Assembly: GCA_003990765.1 (NCBI GenBank)
Contig: RBNJ01000227.1
Coordinates: forward strand, 1 to 36,192
Reading direction: 5' to 3'
From: Jimgerdemannia flammicorona
Lineage: Eukaryota
Length of the DNA stretch: 36,192 bases
Under the pieces are notes generated by a model, which worked only from the letters and a program-made list of their open reading frames with translations, had not been told where the DNA came from and did not search any database. Below, piece by piece: positions 22,646 to 34,500 of this stretch; position 1 is the stretch's first letter; every line of letters begins with the position of its first letter. The position numbers were made by a program, and so were the translations under genes.

Positions 22646-25600
22646 AAACCTCTCAGTCAAAAGGTCACTACCATGAAGGAAGATGATGAAAACTGGTACA
22701 AGAGAATTGCAGATGGTTATGCACCATGTGGATGATGTCCTTATTCTATTTGAATGTACTACATGGAACATATTGGTAAATGCCATGCATGCCTCTCCAA
22801 AGTTTTCAAAATTCAATCCGAGAAGTGCCAAGCTCAACAGACTGAGGAACCCAAACAAGACAACCCTCCTTGTGAAGGATGGGGAGAAACTAACTTCGAG
22901 GAGACTGACAGCAATTGGGACAACAATGAGGATGAAGAGTTCAATATCATTAAGAAGGATAACAGTTGCATCAAGTTCACAGGCCAAGTCCACAGACAGA
23001 ATATCAATGTCTTGCTTGATAGTAGTGCTACTGGAAACTACATCAGCACTAAGACTGCTAAGAGGATTGGAGCTCAAAGCAGACCAACTACTGAAAAAAG
23101 AAGTGTTACCTTCGGTGATGGAAAAACTGCACCATTGACTAAGATCTGCAAAGACCTTTTGCTTAAGATTGGCAAATATCAAGAGAAGTTGGACTTCAGC
23201 ATTGTAGACCTCCCAGGACAAGATATTATCTTAGGAAAAGCCTGGTTGACCCAGCACAACCCAGACATCAACTGGAGAACCAATGAGGTTAACCTGACCC
23301 ATGAAGGCAGAAAGATCACCCTGACACCCCAGGAAGGTACCAACCACCAAGGAATCGAAATCATCTCTGCCATTCAAATGAAGAGACTCTCTTGAAAAAA
23401 GGAAAACACCTACTTCATCTGTATAGTACAAGAAGTCACTGAAGCTATAAGCAGCCCAATTCCAACAGAAGCTCAAGAACTATTTGAAGAATTCCAAGAT
23501 ATATTCCAAGATCCTCAAGGACTTCCACCCAAGCACCAAATTCAACATGGAATTGATCTTATCTTAGGATCTGAACCCCTATATAAGAGTATCTACCAAC
23601 TGGCCCAACCTGAGCTCAAGACCCTCAAGGATGAGTTGACCAAACTACTGACCCAAGGATACATTGAACCCAGCTGCTCTCCATTTAGAGCCCCCATTCT
23701 ATTTGTCAAGAAGAAGGATGGCTCTCTGCGAATGTGTATTGACTACAGAGCCCTCAACAAGATCACCATCAAGAACGAATATGCCTTGCCCAGGATTGAT
23801 GAGTTACTATACCAAATCTTCAAGGCCAAGACCTTTTCTCTACTGGATTTGTGAAATGGCTACCACCAGATTCTCATTGATGAGAAGGACATTGAGAAGA
23901 CAGCTTTTCGAACATGGTTTGGACACTACCAGTTCCAAGTCATGTTTTTTGGATTGACCAATACACCAGCAACATTCCAGTATCTGATGAATGATATCTT
24001 TGGACCACTTCTCAACATCTGTGTTCTTGTGTATATTGATGATATACTAATCTACAGTGAGACAGTAGAGCTACACTACACCCACCTTAGACAAGTACTG
24101 ACCCTTCTGTGAGAACACCAGCTCTATGCTAAGATAAGCAAGTGTAAGTTCTACCAAGACCAGATTGAATATCTGAAACACATCATCTCTGCTGAAGGTA
24201 TCAACGTGGACCCCCAGAAAGTATCAGCCCTCAAGGATATCTCTATCCCTACTACCCTCAAGCTACTCCAGTGCTTTCTGGGTATTGCCAGTTATTACCG
24301 AAGATTTATCTAAGGATACTCTGCTATTGCAGCCCCATTGACCAGCCTGGCCCATAAAGAAGTGAACATCAAAGCTGAATGGACCCCCAAATACACTCTG
24401 ACTATGAACCATCTCAAGAGACTCCTTACTGAGGCCCCAGTGCTAATTGCACCTGATCCTACCAGACCATTCACTCTGACTACAGATGCCTCTAACATTG
24501 CTATTAGAGTAGTGCTCAGCCAAGAAGACCACCCAGTGGCCTACCTTTCACAGAAGCTCAAGCCAGCTGAGACCCATGAGAAGAAACTCCTGGCTATTGT
24601 CACTGCACTCCAGGAATGGCGCCATTTCCTCCTAGGACAGCCATTTGTGGCCTATACTGATCACCATGTACTGCAGTATATTCACATATAGCCCATGCTG
24701 ACCCACAGACAAGCCCGCTGGATGGAAATCATTACCAACTTTGATATGGAAATCAAGTATATCTCAGGCAAAACCAACCATGTGGCTGATGGTTTCTCCA
24801 GGTACATAGAAGACGAACTTATCTTCATAGTTGAAGTAATTAGAGACCTTACCCAAATGATCAAGGACAGCTACCAGCAAGATAGCCCCCTGATGAATTT
24901 CCTTCAATTCTGCCAAGACCCAGAGGCTGAGGTTCCAGAACCCATGAGGCAAATGGCCAAGAGATTCACCTATCATGATGGACTTATCTACAGAGACCAT
25001 GACAGAGTGGTTATACTCAGCAATAATACTCTACAACTCAAGATCATGCAGGAACTCCATGATACTCCTGCAGCAGGACACTTTGGTTTCGAAAAGACCT
25101 ACAACCTCCTTTCAAGAGAGTTCTACTAGCCAAAGATAACCAAGGATATCAAAGACTTTGTGGCCTCATGCGAGATATGCCAAAGGTTCAAAAGTGGTAA
25201 CAAGCTACCAGCAGGACTCCTGCAACCCTTACCTATCCCAAGTCATAATTGGGACCAGATTGTGATGGACTTCATTGTTCAACTCCCCAAGACCAAGGCA
25301 GGATGGGATGCCATCATGGTATTCATGGACTGCCTAAGTAAACAAGCCCATTTTGTACCCACCAAGACCACTGCTACAGCACTAGAGATTGCCAAGATCT
25401 TTCTCAATCAAGTATTCAGGCTACATGGCATGCCTAGCACCATTGTATCTGACCGAGATGCCAAGTTCACAAGCAATTTCTGGAAGGTATTTTTCTCCCT
25501 CCATGGAACCAAGCTGAAGTTCTCTACTGCCTACTACCCTCAGACTGACGGTCAAACTGAGCAAACAAATAGGACTCTCAAACAGATGCTTAGCATCTTC

Positions 25601-26920
25601 TGCTGTTATAAGCAAAATGATTGGAACAAGTACCTAGCTTATGCTGAGTTTGCCTACAACAACAGTCAGCAAACCTCCACAAAGAAGACTCCATTCTTTC
25701 TGAACCATGGTCAACACCCAAGGACCCCAAGTACTACTGCAAAATCAGCAGTCCCAGCAGCCCAAGATCTGGCTGAGACCATTTCTGACCTTACCCAAAT
25801 GACAAGAGATGCTCTCATAGAAGTACAAGACTACCAGACTAAGTACATGAACTTGAAGTGAAGAGAAGTCTCCTACAATATTGGTGATATGGTCATGCTT
25901 AGAACAGACCACCTCTATCCAGACACTCTGACACAACAACCAGCTAAGAAACTCCATGCTAGAAGAATTGGACCATACAAGATCATGGAAAAAATCAGCA
26001 AAGTCAACTACAAGTTACAACTTCCCCACAATATCCGAGTACACCCAGTATTCCATATCAGCCAATTGATGGACTACCATGAGAACCCATTCCCCAAGCA
26101 TACAGTTCCACTACTACCCCCAATTAGGATCAATGATCATGAGAAATTTGAAATTGAGGAAGTACTTGACCACAAGGTCCACAAATATCCTAAAACAGTC
26201 AAGCACTTTTTTCTGATCAAGTGGAAGGGATATCCCACCCACAATGCCACCTGGGAAAAAGAAGAAGCCCTGAAGAATGCATGTGAAGCCCTCCAGGACT
26301 ATATGGAAACACTCACCCCCCAGCAAAGGAAGGAACTATAGCTCTAAGTATAGGAGTACATAGCGAGTAGAAGGATACCACATATTTTTATCTGGAAACA
26401 TATAATACCAAATATTGCAAAAAAAGGAACACTATGGATAACCAACAAAAAGATATTCTGAACAAAAGAACAATCTAGTACAGTACAGCAAAACACATTT
26501 GAACAACTCTATTTCACGCTATCTGTGTCATCTCCACTGGATGATGATGGATGCTTCATGTGAAACTTAGGAAAGCCGACAATGTCGAAACCCATCTAAG
26601 TCCATTCATGTGACAGATATTGTTACTAGGAATTGCCTCAGATTACAAGAAAAGTCTATTTCCAAGAGGTTTGAACCCCCAGCCACGACAATGGGAGCCC
26701 TCGCCCTAGACAAGAATGACTAGTCCTCGCAAATGCGCCAACCAGACAAAAAAAAAGTGGACCAAGACCTATTAACCCTGTGTAACCACAACTATGGATA
26801 ACAAGATCTTTGAAATCAGGATTTTCTCATGTGACCAGCACATGCTCTGCTTACAGCACAGGTCATGCATTTTGCCAGAAAGTGTGACCAAAGGAAGGTC
26901 ACATCAGACAGGTGAATAAG

Positions 26921-26928
26921 TATAAATA
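26921..26928 (+). promoter_or_regulatory. Putative internal TATA box for ORF-X of B
   Basis: TATAAATA ~70 nt upstream of the ORF-X start; analogous placement in family A. Confidence 0.45.
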
Positions 26929-26992
26929 CCCAAGGCAAGAATACCCCACAACTCTTATCTCCCTTTCCTCACAAAGAAAAGACAAGACAAGA

Positions 26993-27823
26993 ATACCTGC
27001 CACCCACTGCCAAACTGTCTGCCGTAGCCAGCCCCTCCCAAGCCAGGTTGACTGCCTCTTTGGACACATCCAGGTTGCTATCCAAGGAAGGAACCACCGC
27101 TCAGAGGCTCTTAACCTCTCCAGTCCAGACCTAGGATAGTATGTCCTTGACCACCATAAAATTATTGAAAGGGCCTACCTCGCTACTAGCCACTTAGAAA
27201 TCTGGCACGAATATGAAATTGGTCACCAGCTTCTCCAACATACAAGTGGCCTATCTACGGACCAGGTCTCTGACTGGACTCACCTAGACAGGCATGAGCA
27301 AAGACTTGCCAAGAAGGTCTATCAAATCATGTGCCATGCACCCTTCACAATCCCCAACCTCAACTACATACAACTGAAGGACTTCCAGAACCTCTCTTTC
27401 CCTGAGGTTGATGCCCTAGAAGTCAAGGTCGCCCAAGAAGCCAACTCCTGGATTACCCTCAAGTCTACTAACTACAAACCCTACTGGAGCCCCCTCCTGA
27501 ATGACAACCCTGACCAATGGCTCCAAGGTCTCTCTGACCTCTTTGAAGGACCACCTATCCAAATAGATATTCCCAGACATGAAGATCAAGAGCTCTACTT
27601 AGATGGCCCCAACTGCATCAGATGGAGAACCCCTACACCAGCACCTATTCCAATGCAAGAACCATTTGCAGACCTCATTGACTTCTCCATTCTGGACAGT
27701 GAGCCATCTGCAACCACCACCTCCTCTGCCCCTGAAGAAGATGGTAATGACCCTGAGGAGGATTCCCCACCTTTCTCTCCCCTAGTTCTCAATTTCTCAA
27801 TTAACAAGGACATTGATTTCTAA
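26993..27823 (+). pseudogene. Accessory ORF-X of element B (276 aa; start ATA ex-ATG; one internal TAG at 27137-27139)
   Basis: Track ORFs 26912..27139 and 27329..27823 share one frame and are joined by open codons; homologous to family-A ORF-X; the stop overlaps the PPT. Confidence 0.85.
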
Positions 27824-27834
27824 GGGGAGAAGAA
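27822..27834 (+). other. Polypurine tract of B (AAGGGGAGAAGAA)
   Basis: Directly precedes TGTAAT at 27835. Confidence 0.9.
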
Positions 27835-28611
27835 TGTAATAGAACAAGTGAACAGATGGGATGCAACAAGATGAACGATCACGTGACCTGGTGATGACGT
27901 CATCATACAATCGAGTGTGACATATAGATAACGAGTGATGAACGATGTAAATAAACAATATGGAAAATGATATTTAGCTTATCTCTGACAACTGGCGCCA
28001 CAGCAACAGTTGCCACAGCTGCTGATCATTGCCTAGTAATTGAGGTCCTGATCATAAAGACATTCTTTACCAAAAACCACCTGACAAAGGTCGTGATCAC
28101 AAACCTCATTATAGTTACCAAATTAGTCACTCATACTTAGTCAGAAATTGCAGACCAACTTGTATAAATACCCCCCAGTTTCCATCCGAAATAAAGCAGT
28201 TTTAGTTCAGTCCTTGATACCAGAATCAAGTCCCCCCCACATACACACATTCTCCTGAGTCTTAGTAATGACATCTAAGTGACTCTAGTGTTTCTGACTA
28301 AACTTCAGAAGCCTAGCTAACTTCTGCCAGAACTGAGACTGATATATAAATCCCCAAAGACTTAAGTAAACCCATTGAACCTGAATTCCAAGGCAAATTC
28401 AGTCTGTGTATAGCAAAGAACAAGACCCTCGAAATAGGGCACAAGAGAAAGACCTTTGAAAGATAAGGTACTACTGTTACAACTACTTTAAGTGAGCACT
28501 TCCTCAAACTGAAGACTTCTTGGTACATATTGTATACTAAGTCCCTAAGTAATAGTCCACTTCTCTAATTATCCAAAGGATAAGAGAGGGGTAGAAGTGA
28601 GAGTTATTACA
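27835..28611 (+). repeat. 3' LTR of B (777 bp)
   Basis: Direct repeat of 19454-20260, lacking one 31-bp unit and with one extra base. Confidence 0.95.
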
Positions 28612-29425
28612 ATAGTTCTCTGGCAGCTTGACTCCAATTCCAGTGCCAAGTAGAGTGGTGGTCTGTGGTTCAAGGGTAGTATCTTGAATGCTGGCAAGGT
28701 CTATTTCTATAGCTCCTTCAGTCTTATATTCTGGGATCTTAGCTTTGGGGTAAAACTTTTTGACCTTGAGAGTGATATCTGGTTCTTATTCCTCCTTATC
28801 ATTACTATTAGCTTGAAGCTTGGGGGGCTGGTCATCTTCTTTGACTTTCCTTTTTGATTCTGCAGCTTCTTGCTCATATTTCTATTGGCAGATTTTTCTG
28901 ACTTCACTGATATAGGACCAGTAGTCATTCAGGTGTTCAGAGCAGTACATCCTAGTACCATGGGGGCATCTTCCTTGAGGAGTATAGCCATCAATGATCT
29001 TGTTGTACCACTGCTCATCTGTGAGCTTGGGTGTCTTGTTCTTGTTCTTGTTCACTAAGTGTATGAAGACTTCTGTGTCCTCCTCATCTCCTTCCTTCAT
29101 GTCTAGTAGAACTTCTTTGTAGACATTGATAGAGACTCATATCTTTCTTCCTCTATAGTTGATCTGCATCTTCTGGGCATTGAGATCAATGATGGCCTTG
29201 GCCTTGTAATACCATTGGTTACTAATGAGAATGTCATAGTTGGTGGTGCTTGTAACAATTACATCTACTGAGATGGTAGCTCTTCCTATCTTAATTGGGA
29301 CTTCTTGGATTTTGCTAAGAGGGGTAGCTCATATACATATCATCTGCTATAATATAGACCATCTTGGTAGACTCTTCAATATCTCAGCCTAGGTGGTTAA
29401 TTGCCTTCTTGCTCATGAGGTATTC
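28612..29425 (-). pseudogene. pol: Element A pol, 5' part: protease C-half - CxHG ZF - dUTPase N-half
   Basis: YLMSKKAINHLG...YDILISNQW (protease); WYNKIIDGYTPQGRCPHGTRMY; LKVKKFYPKAKIPEYKTEGAIEIDLAS...GTGIGVKLPENY, which continues in frame at 19453. Confidence 0.88.
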
Positions 29426-31493
29426 TGTAAGTACACAACCTCCAAGCTACTGAAATCACATGTCACCCTCTGATTAAGCCACCGAAATCACACACAACAA
29501 CTGAACAAACCTGGAAATCACCTATATGATTATAAAGCTGAGTCAAACAGAAGTCATAGTACATAAAGCTGAGTCAATATGAAGTTATGGAATATAAGAT
29601 TTATATAAACAGAATCTTACCAATCAGGACTAAATGCATATATACCAAGTACTAAGACATGTCAAAACAGAGAACTAAAACAAACTAAACAAATAACCCC
29701 AACTCTTGAATATATACAAATATGACCACTGAAATCTACAACTATATCTGTGCTGATATTTGGAATACTATTGTCAACCAAGCCACACCCCCTCTGCCCC
29801 TCATAAATATTCATAGCCTAGTACTGCTCTACTTCATGAAAGCCTGATGGAATGCCCTGAACATGCTTAGTAAAGTCTACCAAATTGGACAAATCTCAAG
29901 CTACTACCAGATCAGCTGCCTCCTGGAAGACATGGTCAAATACTACTATAATACAGATATTACTCAGATGTCTCAACACTAGAAACTCATTGCCCACAAA
30001 CATCGAGAACTCTTTTACAAGTATAGCACTATTATCCCCTACCTCTGAGTCACTACCACCAAAATAGTTGCTACTCTATCCTATGGCCAAATCGATGATA
30101 TAATATAAGAACTCAACCACAAGTACATCGAGTATATCCAGACCACAGACAGAACCTTTCCGCACCCTGATGATCATATTCTGCAAATGCCTCAAGTCAG
30201 ATATACTATGAAGGATGTCTATAATATAATCCAATTTGATGAAGATGAAGCAGAAGACAATGATCCCTCTGATGTCAATATGACCTCAAGTCAAGGATCC
30301 TTACCAACCCTAATCACTCCACCAATCTTACCAATAGACTTACAACAGTTCATATCCATCTATGAAACTTATTGGGATAATGACTATTGGTATAAATACT
30401 AACTCATATTTACTCCTGATTACTTCAACTATAATGAAGAAACTGGAGAACATAATCTATATCTTCAGACAACTCTTGAGATCAAACCAACCACTCTATC
30501 ACCCAAGTATGAGTGATATGAACTACAGCTGCCAGCTTACTACAACCCTGCAACTTATAGTGCTATAACCTATAGAAGATATGCAGATAGTGAATCTGAT
30601 GAAAGTGAAGATGATGTACCCCTCCTTCATCCACCAATACCTTACTCAGCATATGAGACAGATGATATTATCCTGTAGAATGGTGATGAAGTTCCAATAT
30701 ATTACTATCTCAGCAAACAGGAAGAATTAATCTGCAAACAACTCTTTCTAGATGACTACTTTATCAGAGATGATATCATTAATGGTGATGTCATCAAAGA
30801 CTACCCAGATAGTGTCTAAATCTATAGATAGTCTAATAGTTATAGTATAGTTAGATTAGCCTTGTATAATATGACTGTGAACTGACTCAGCAGTCAGATA
30901 ATCTCTTTATATATCAGATCACACTTATACTATATAACTACATTCTGACTCAGTGCTATATTCATATTCAGCATAGTCTAGATAGCCCCTCACTAGTATA
31001 AATATTCCCTCTCCCAGACCTCAGAATCTTAGACTTGAATACTTGAACAATCTGAGCACAACTCCTGAGCACTTCTCCACAATATTCCTTTATACAACCA
31101 CTCCTAGTATAGTAATATCATAAATAGCGAATAAACCTATTTAATAACTCACAAACTACTCTTAAGTAAATCTGCTCCCCATTAGATCCCACTTCTAACC
31201 CTGTTATGAAATTTCCTAATTGGGTATTGTCTGTAGCAATATGCTAATTCAACTAAGCTGGTCTTAGTTTCTTAAACTTCCTAAAATACAGAAAATCCTG
31301 AATATCTAGAATTAGTCCAAAAAGGGACTTTGGTTGAGATGTTAACTCAATCTTGAAATCAATAAGTATAGAGGATATACTCCATATGAAATTGATCTTG
31401 ACCTTAAGAAAATAGTCTTTCTGAATATTCAGAACTTCCAGAAAATCCTTCCAGAACTATGTAATGGTTACCCTAACAAGTAACCCTCTTACA
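29426..31493 (+). repeat. Putative 5' LTR of C (2068 bp)
   Basis: TGTAAG...CTTACA 6-bp inverted termini, followed by a PBS; TATAAATA near 30997 and AATAAA near 31130. No second copy in the window. Confidence 0.75.
29722..30819 (+). pseudogene. LTR-encoded ORF of C (365 codons, 7 in-frame stops, no frameshift); probable remote ORF-X homologue
   Basis: One frame from ATG 29722 to TAA 30817-30819 that includes track ORF 30187..30402; every stop reverts by one C->T change. Confidence 0.7.
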
Positions 31494-31496
31494 ACT

Positions 31497-31508
31497 TGGT
31501 AGCAACAG
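31497..31508 (+). other. Primer-binding site of C (TGGTAGCAACAG), probably tRNAi-Met
   Basis: Same ACT spacer and sequence pattern as the PBS of B. Confidence 0.75.
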
Positions 31509-31514
31509 TTTATA

Positions 31515-34500
31515 ATTCAATTCTACTTCAAGATGCTTCCTTACTCCACTACAAACTCCTCTGAGAATTTCTACAAGTTGATATAAAGCCCAATCTCTGA
31601 ACTGGAATTTATCCTGAACCACCTAACAATCTGGAGAGAATTGAACCTAATGTATAAGGACAATTTGACCTCCACATCTACAACAAGTGGGACAAACTTT
31701 ATTTAAAGAAAGAAGTACTCTAGTTAAATCAGCAGATAGACAAAATCCTATTCACCAAACTTCTTACTCTACACCCTGCAAGTCAAGATGAAGAAGGTCT
31801 TATAGAAGCCTTCTTTACCCTTCTTAACAAGAGTTTTGTCAGCTCTACAAATCCAAGCAATCTAGGACAATCAGCAGCAGTCTTTCTAGCCTTAGTTCCT
31901 TATAAAGCCCAAGCCTCTGTAGCTAAGTGGCTCAACTCTACTGATTTTCACTGCACTAGGACCAAGACCACATTATACTACTGATTCCAGAATTGCAAGG
32001 TCTGCCATATTCTTAAGGAAGAAGCAAGGAAAACTCTCTGCCAACAATCTGACCCTAAATCTGAAGCAGGCTCTACTATAGCTCTACTTGAACCTGAAAC
32101 CAACACTGAACCAGAACTTGACTTTGAATTAAGTCCATCTGAAATCAGATATACAACTGATTCTGTTTACTTCAATGCTGAGCAAACTCAACTATATAGG
32201 GACCAAGCTAAAGAGGAGGAGGAGTATCTCAGTAAATTTGATCCCAGATATACTACTGAAGGAGACACACCTCCATCAGGACAGAATATACCTATACAGT
32301 AACAGATAGCTATCTATTGAGCTCTCACTCCAGACCCATAACTATTACTCCAGCAACTTACACAGACCCAAAGAACTCCATCACACTCTGCACCAGTATC
32401 TCAAGTAGTACCAGTAACACCACTACCAGTAGTCTAACTACCTCTAGCAAACAATATAGTGAATTAATAGATTCTAGACCTTACAGCCCAGATAGCAATA
32501 ATGGTAGTAACTATTACTGCCTTAGCTGAACAAATCTGACCTACCAAAAATCTGAGCCTACCTACCTTCAATGGTACTGCACAAGAAGTCCAAAGCTTCA
32601 TTAGTGTAGTTGACACCAACTTTGAAGCCAATCAATAGACCAATGAGTGAGTGGCTGACTGCCTTCTGACAAACAATCAAGACCACACTCTGGAACAACT
32701 CTTTGCTACTACTACAGCCTATGTCTGCCAAGTTGTTACATTCTTCTAAGGACCTGCTGAAGAATGGTAGTGAACTCTTCCTGAAAAACCCCTCACATAG
32801 GACATGTGACCTGCAGTAGTTACCCAAAATGTAGCAAATAATACCCCAGGATATGGAGCCCATCCTGTAGCTCCTAAACTCAAACAACTCATAATTGGTC
32901 AATACTGCAGTGAAACCATGATTGCTGAATCTCGAGTAAAACTCCACAACCTCAAATTCAATATATATAGCAAAGAAGAATTTGAAACCTTCTGTACAAA
33001 ACTTAAGTTACTCCTAAATACTGTTGGCCTAGGATATATTGCTAATGATGAAGTACAAAATGGTATAAGAGCAGATCATCTATTCAATGCACTATCTGAA
33101 TGGCTTATAAGAAAAATCAGAGAACAAGGATGCCCAGTTGGTTGTGATCACTAACAATGGTACCTGGTAAGAATCAAGACCATGGTCAAGTGAATCCTAA
33201 CAGCTGGACCAATTCTGCCCTAAAGACAATTCAACAACAAGGAAAAGACTTGGACCAAGAAAGAAGAATCCAAGTATGAAATATTCCAAGCTCTCTCTAC
33301 ATCCACCTCTTGAATACTTAGAAATCATGAATCCACCCAGCTGAGTATCTTCAAGAAACTCACTGAAGGAGAAAGGAATGAACTTCAAAGAAGTGGAGCA
33401 TGTTTCTATTACTAAAAGACAAGATATGTGGCCAGTGCCTGCCTTAACTGAAAACCCCAAACAACAATATGAGCAACTGTTACTACTCTGCACCACCTCA
33501 ATAACCTGACTACCAGAACACTGGACTTTGTCAAGTTATGACAAACTGCTAAGGCCCCAACCAAAGGAAGTCAAAAGGCAGCTGGATATGACCTGTATAC
33601 AGCCAAAGAAGCTATAGTTTCCAACCAAGAAGTCAAGCAAGTCTATATAGGAATCAGCATTCAAATCTCTGAAGGACATGTTGGAAGAATATGCTGTTAC
33701 AGCAGCCTAGCATTAAAAGAACTTTTAGTAGAATGAGGAGTCATTGATGAAGATTACACAGGCAAAATTATTGTCCTCATCTGAAACCATAGTTGGACAT
33801 CCTTCAAGAACCCTATTGGCTTCTGTATTGCCTAGATCCTATTTGAGAAAATTGAATCAACTCTAATAGTCAAGGAAGTCCCTGAACTACTGCCCACCAT
33901 CTGAGGATCCAAAGGATTTGGCTCATCAAACAAGGCCCCAGCCCAATCTACTATAAACAAAGAAGAACAATTCTACAAGAAAATTGAAGATAGATATATA
34001 CCAAGTGGCTGATGTCTTCATGGCATTAGAATGTACTCTTCTCAAATAATTGATGATTGCTTCTCTTGTATCAATGAACTGACTCAAAGAAGAACCAATA
34101 GAAAGAAAGCTCCTACAACTGAAATTACTACCATTGAATTAGACAAACTGCTTACACTTTAAGCTTTTGTCAACCGAGTATCTGTCAAGATTATAATAGA
34201 CAGTGGTGTCTCAGGCAACTTCATCAATGAAGAAATAACCAATAGACTCAAGGTCTTCATCTCTCCAGTATAACAAACTCAAGTAGTTGCCACAGCTGAT
34301 GAAACCTCACATGTTATTAGCAAGGAAGTCTGCAATCTACCCTTCCGAATTGGTGACTACCAAGTATATATTACCCTCCAGATCATACCACTCTCCAATA
34401 ATGAAATAATCCTTGGGACTCCATAGTTAAAACAAGAGAACCCCATGATCAATTGGGTAAACCATTCTCTGACCATCAAGAAAGGATGTTATAACTTCAA

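Larger units (their letters stand above)
20300..26341 (+). pseudogene. gag-pol: Element B fused gag-pol: N-extension - capsid - CCHC - dUTPase - CxHG ZF - protease - RT - RNase H - integrase - chromodomain
   Basis: Track ORFs starting at 21587, 22754, 23636, 24338, 24695, 25160 and 25889 share one frame. CFICKKAGHISVKC (22100-22141); AGYDL, GGGVVD, RIAQ, RGKKGFGS; LLDSSATGN; YIDD (24032); TTDAS; HDTPAAGH...CEIC; SDRDAKF; GPY; FEIEEVLDH...FLIKWKGY...ATWE. Start approximate. Confidence 0.93.
19454..28611 (+). mobile_element. Complete Ty3/Gypsy chromodomain-bearing LTR retrotransposon B (9158 bp)
   Basis: TGTAATA...TATTACA LTRs at both ends; 5-bp TSD ATAGT (19449-19453 and 28612-28616); PBS, PPT and gag-pol with chromodomain. 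Confidence 0.96.
8638..29425 (-). mobile_element. Ty3/Gypsy LTR retrotransposon A (non-chromodomain; PR-ZF-dUTPase-RT-RH-IN), interrupted by the LINE, element B and element C; gag and 5' LTR not seen in the window
   Basis: Pieces rejoin across the TSDs. The 3' LTR ends ...GTGACA at 8638, PPT at 16123-16132, pol domains on the minus strand. Confidence 0.88.

Noticed and set aside
21073..26326. Minus-strand and alternative-frame ORFs over B (e.g. 22514..23221, 21864..22361)
   Set aside because: Shadows of gag-pol with no motifs.
26993..27823. ORF-X as an env gene
   Set aside because: Env-like position in B, but short and hydrophilic, with no signal peptide or transmembrane anchor visible.
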